Assembly: GCA_930990125.1 (NCBI GenBank)
Contig: CAKNOI010000002.1
Coordinates: 16,328 to 80,327 of the forward strand
Direction: 5' to 3'
DNA from: an uncultured Clostridiaceae bacterium
GTDB lineage: Bacteria > Bacillota > Clostridia > TANB77 > CAG-508
Length of the DNA stretch: 64,000 nucleotides
Shown here: in pieces, positions 62,797 through 64,000 of the stretch
How the letters are laid out: each line of letters opens with the position of its first letter
Numbering within the stretch: the first letter of the stretch is position 1
Made by a program: the position numbers and the translations under genes
Notes under the pieces: generated by a model
Database searches by the model: none
What the model saw: the letters and a program-made list of their open reading frames with translations, nothing else
What the model was told of the DNA's origin: nothing

Positions 62797-63693
62797 CTAA
62801 ATTTTATTATCTATTCCTGGTTTCTCTTGTATGATACTTTTGTAATATGAATCTCTTGCTAATCTTAATATATCTCTTATCTGGGTTTTATCTTCATAGA
62901 TTATACTTTTTTCTTCTTCATTTATATTTATTGGTAATTGAAAAATATCTATAGTTTCTACGATATTATCAAAATTATCAAAACATCTCTCAAGATTATT
63001 ATTTTCATTCTGCATTTTAGTTAAAATTTTTCTAATATTTGAATCATTCATACAATCTTCTTCAAAAGCATCAAAATTCTTTATTTTTCCTGTATTTCTT
63101 AAATAATCCATTGTTTCTTTTGATTTTTTTTCATACTGCTCTTCAACCTTAAAAATTCTTTCTAATGAAATATGTTTTAATACTAATATCTCATTTTTAT
63201 ATATTACCAGATCAATATCTCCATCTACTCCTAATATCTTGTCATCTATACGATTTAGTTGGTTTCCCTGAAATATTCCTAAAATTCCTTTTGTAGATAG
63301 TTTTTTAAACTTTGTTAATCTTCTAAAAAGTTTAACATTTTTTTCTCCACTGCCAATATTTATACAATAAAAAGCAAACTTATCTATTTCTTCCTCTTTA
63401 ATGTCTATATTGCCTGGATCAAAACTATTAATCACTTCTTCAAAATTTCCCACATAATCTGTATTACATACTTCTAATGTACCTTCCCTATAACCAATAG
63501 GATTATATTGAATCAATTCCTCTTCCATTCTTTTATTTATTGTATCTATAGAAAAGCCAATTAACATATCAAAAATATCTTCTGACACTTCTGGACAAAC
63601 AGAAATATATGAATCTCGATTTTTTTCACAAAAGTATAATTCCCTACTATTATTTTTATCTCTTAATATATCAATTACTTCGTTTAAATTCAT
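62797..63693 (-). CDS. Hypothetical cytoplasmic protein (298 aa), operon partner of the 4-TM protein
   Basis: ORF with GGGGG RBS (tttgggggcaataaaATG on the minus strand). No confidently recognised domain. Extremely AT-rich. Confidence 0.5.
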   Translation of the reverse strand: MNLNEVIDILRDKNNSRELYFCEKNRDSYISVCPEVSEDIFDMLIGFSIDTINKRMEEELIQYNPIGYREGTLEVCNTDYVGNFEEVINSFDPGNIDIKEEEIDKFAFYCINIGSGEKNVKLFRRLTKFKKLSTKGILGIFQGNQLNRIDDKILGVDGDIDLVIYKNEILVLKHISLERIFKVEEQYEKKSKETMDYLRNTGKIKNFDAFEEDCMNDSNIRKILTKMQNENNNLERCFDNFDNIVETIDIFQLPININEEEKSIIYEDKTQIRDILRLARDSYYKSIIQEKPGIDNKI

Positions 63694-63877
63694 TTTATTG
63701 CCCCCAAAATTATTGTACTACATTAATATTAAAAAAAATGTCGAATTTTGGAATATTATATCAAAAAAGCAAAATATTTATGTAACCGTTATTTATAATT
63801 ACATTCATATTTAGCTTTTGTATTTAGAATTTTATAATTTGCATATTTTATCATTATTACACTGCATCTAATTTTCT

Positions 63878-64000
63878 CTATATTCCACCCAATAATTTTA
63901 TCACTGTTTTACCAAAAAGTCCAATAATTTCTGCATTAAACCATCCATGTTTATCGAAATGATTTACTATCTTTTGAAAAAATCCTTTTCTTTTATCAAT
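63878..64000 (-). CDS. 3' end of a gene continuing beyond the window (partial)
   Basis: 41 sense codons open to the window edge, ending ...IIGLFGKTVIKLLGGI*. The other two frames are closed. Confidence 0.25.
   Translation of the reverse strand: MDKRKGFFQKIVNHFDKHGWFNAEIIGLFGKTVIKLLGGI

Overview
Low-GC Firmicutes-type chromosomal segment (Clostridia/Tissierellia-like codon usage, about 30% GC). A conserved core is interleaved with AT-richer accessory modules. Core genes, mostly on the minus strand: ksgA, a class B PBP with PASTA domains, a DnaQ-like exonuclease, ftsH, tilS, dnaB, rplI, gdpP, rpoC, rpoB, trmL, cysK, dps, comM (frameshifted), dprA, yraN and recQ. Accessory content, in window order: (1) two giant signal-peptide surface adhesins, one truncated at the window start and one of 4126 aa built from 10 near-identical roughly 236-aa DUF11-like + CnaB tandem units; (2) a HigB/HigA-like toxin-antitoxin pair; (3) an ECF sigma / anti-sigma / stand-alone Spo0A C-terminal-domain cluster, immediately downstream of an operon encoding two FtsX-like ABC permeases, an ATPase and a Cys-rich secreted bacteriocin-like protein; (4) a second ECF sigma (apparently frameshifted) with a zf-HC2 anti-sigma; (5) three paralogous single-TM proteins with identical RBSs flanking gdpP; (6) at the right end, a Prim-Pol (AEP primase) + SF2 helicase fusion gene next to a 47-nt 3' fragment of an initiator-tRNA-Met-like gene (att-type remnant), followed by a very AT-rich block containing a small 4-TM protein + 298-aa protein gene pair (candidate defence/abortive-infection-like module). 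No CRISPR array, rRNA or intact tRNA was seen. All calls rest on reading the sequence and the ORF translations; no database search was possible.
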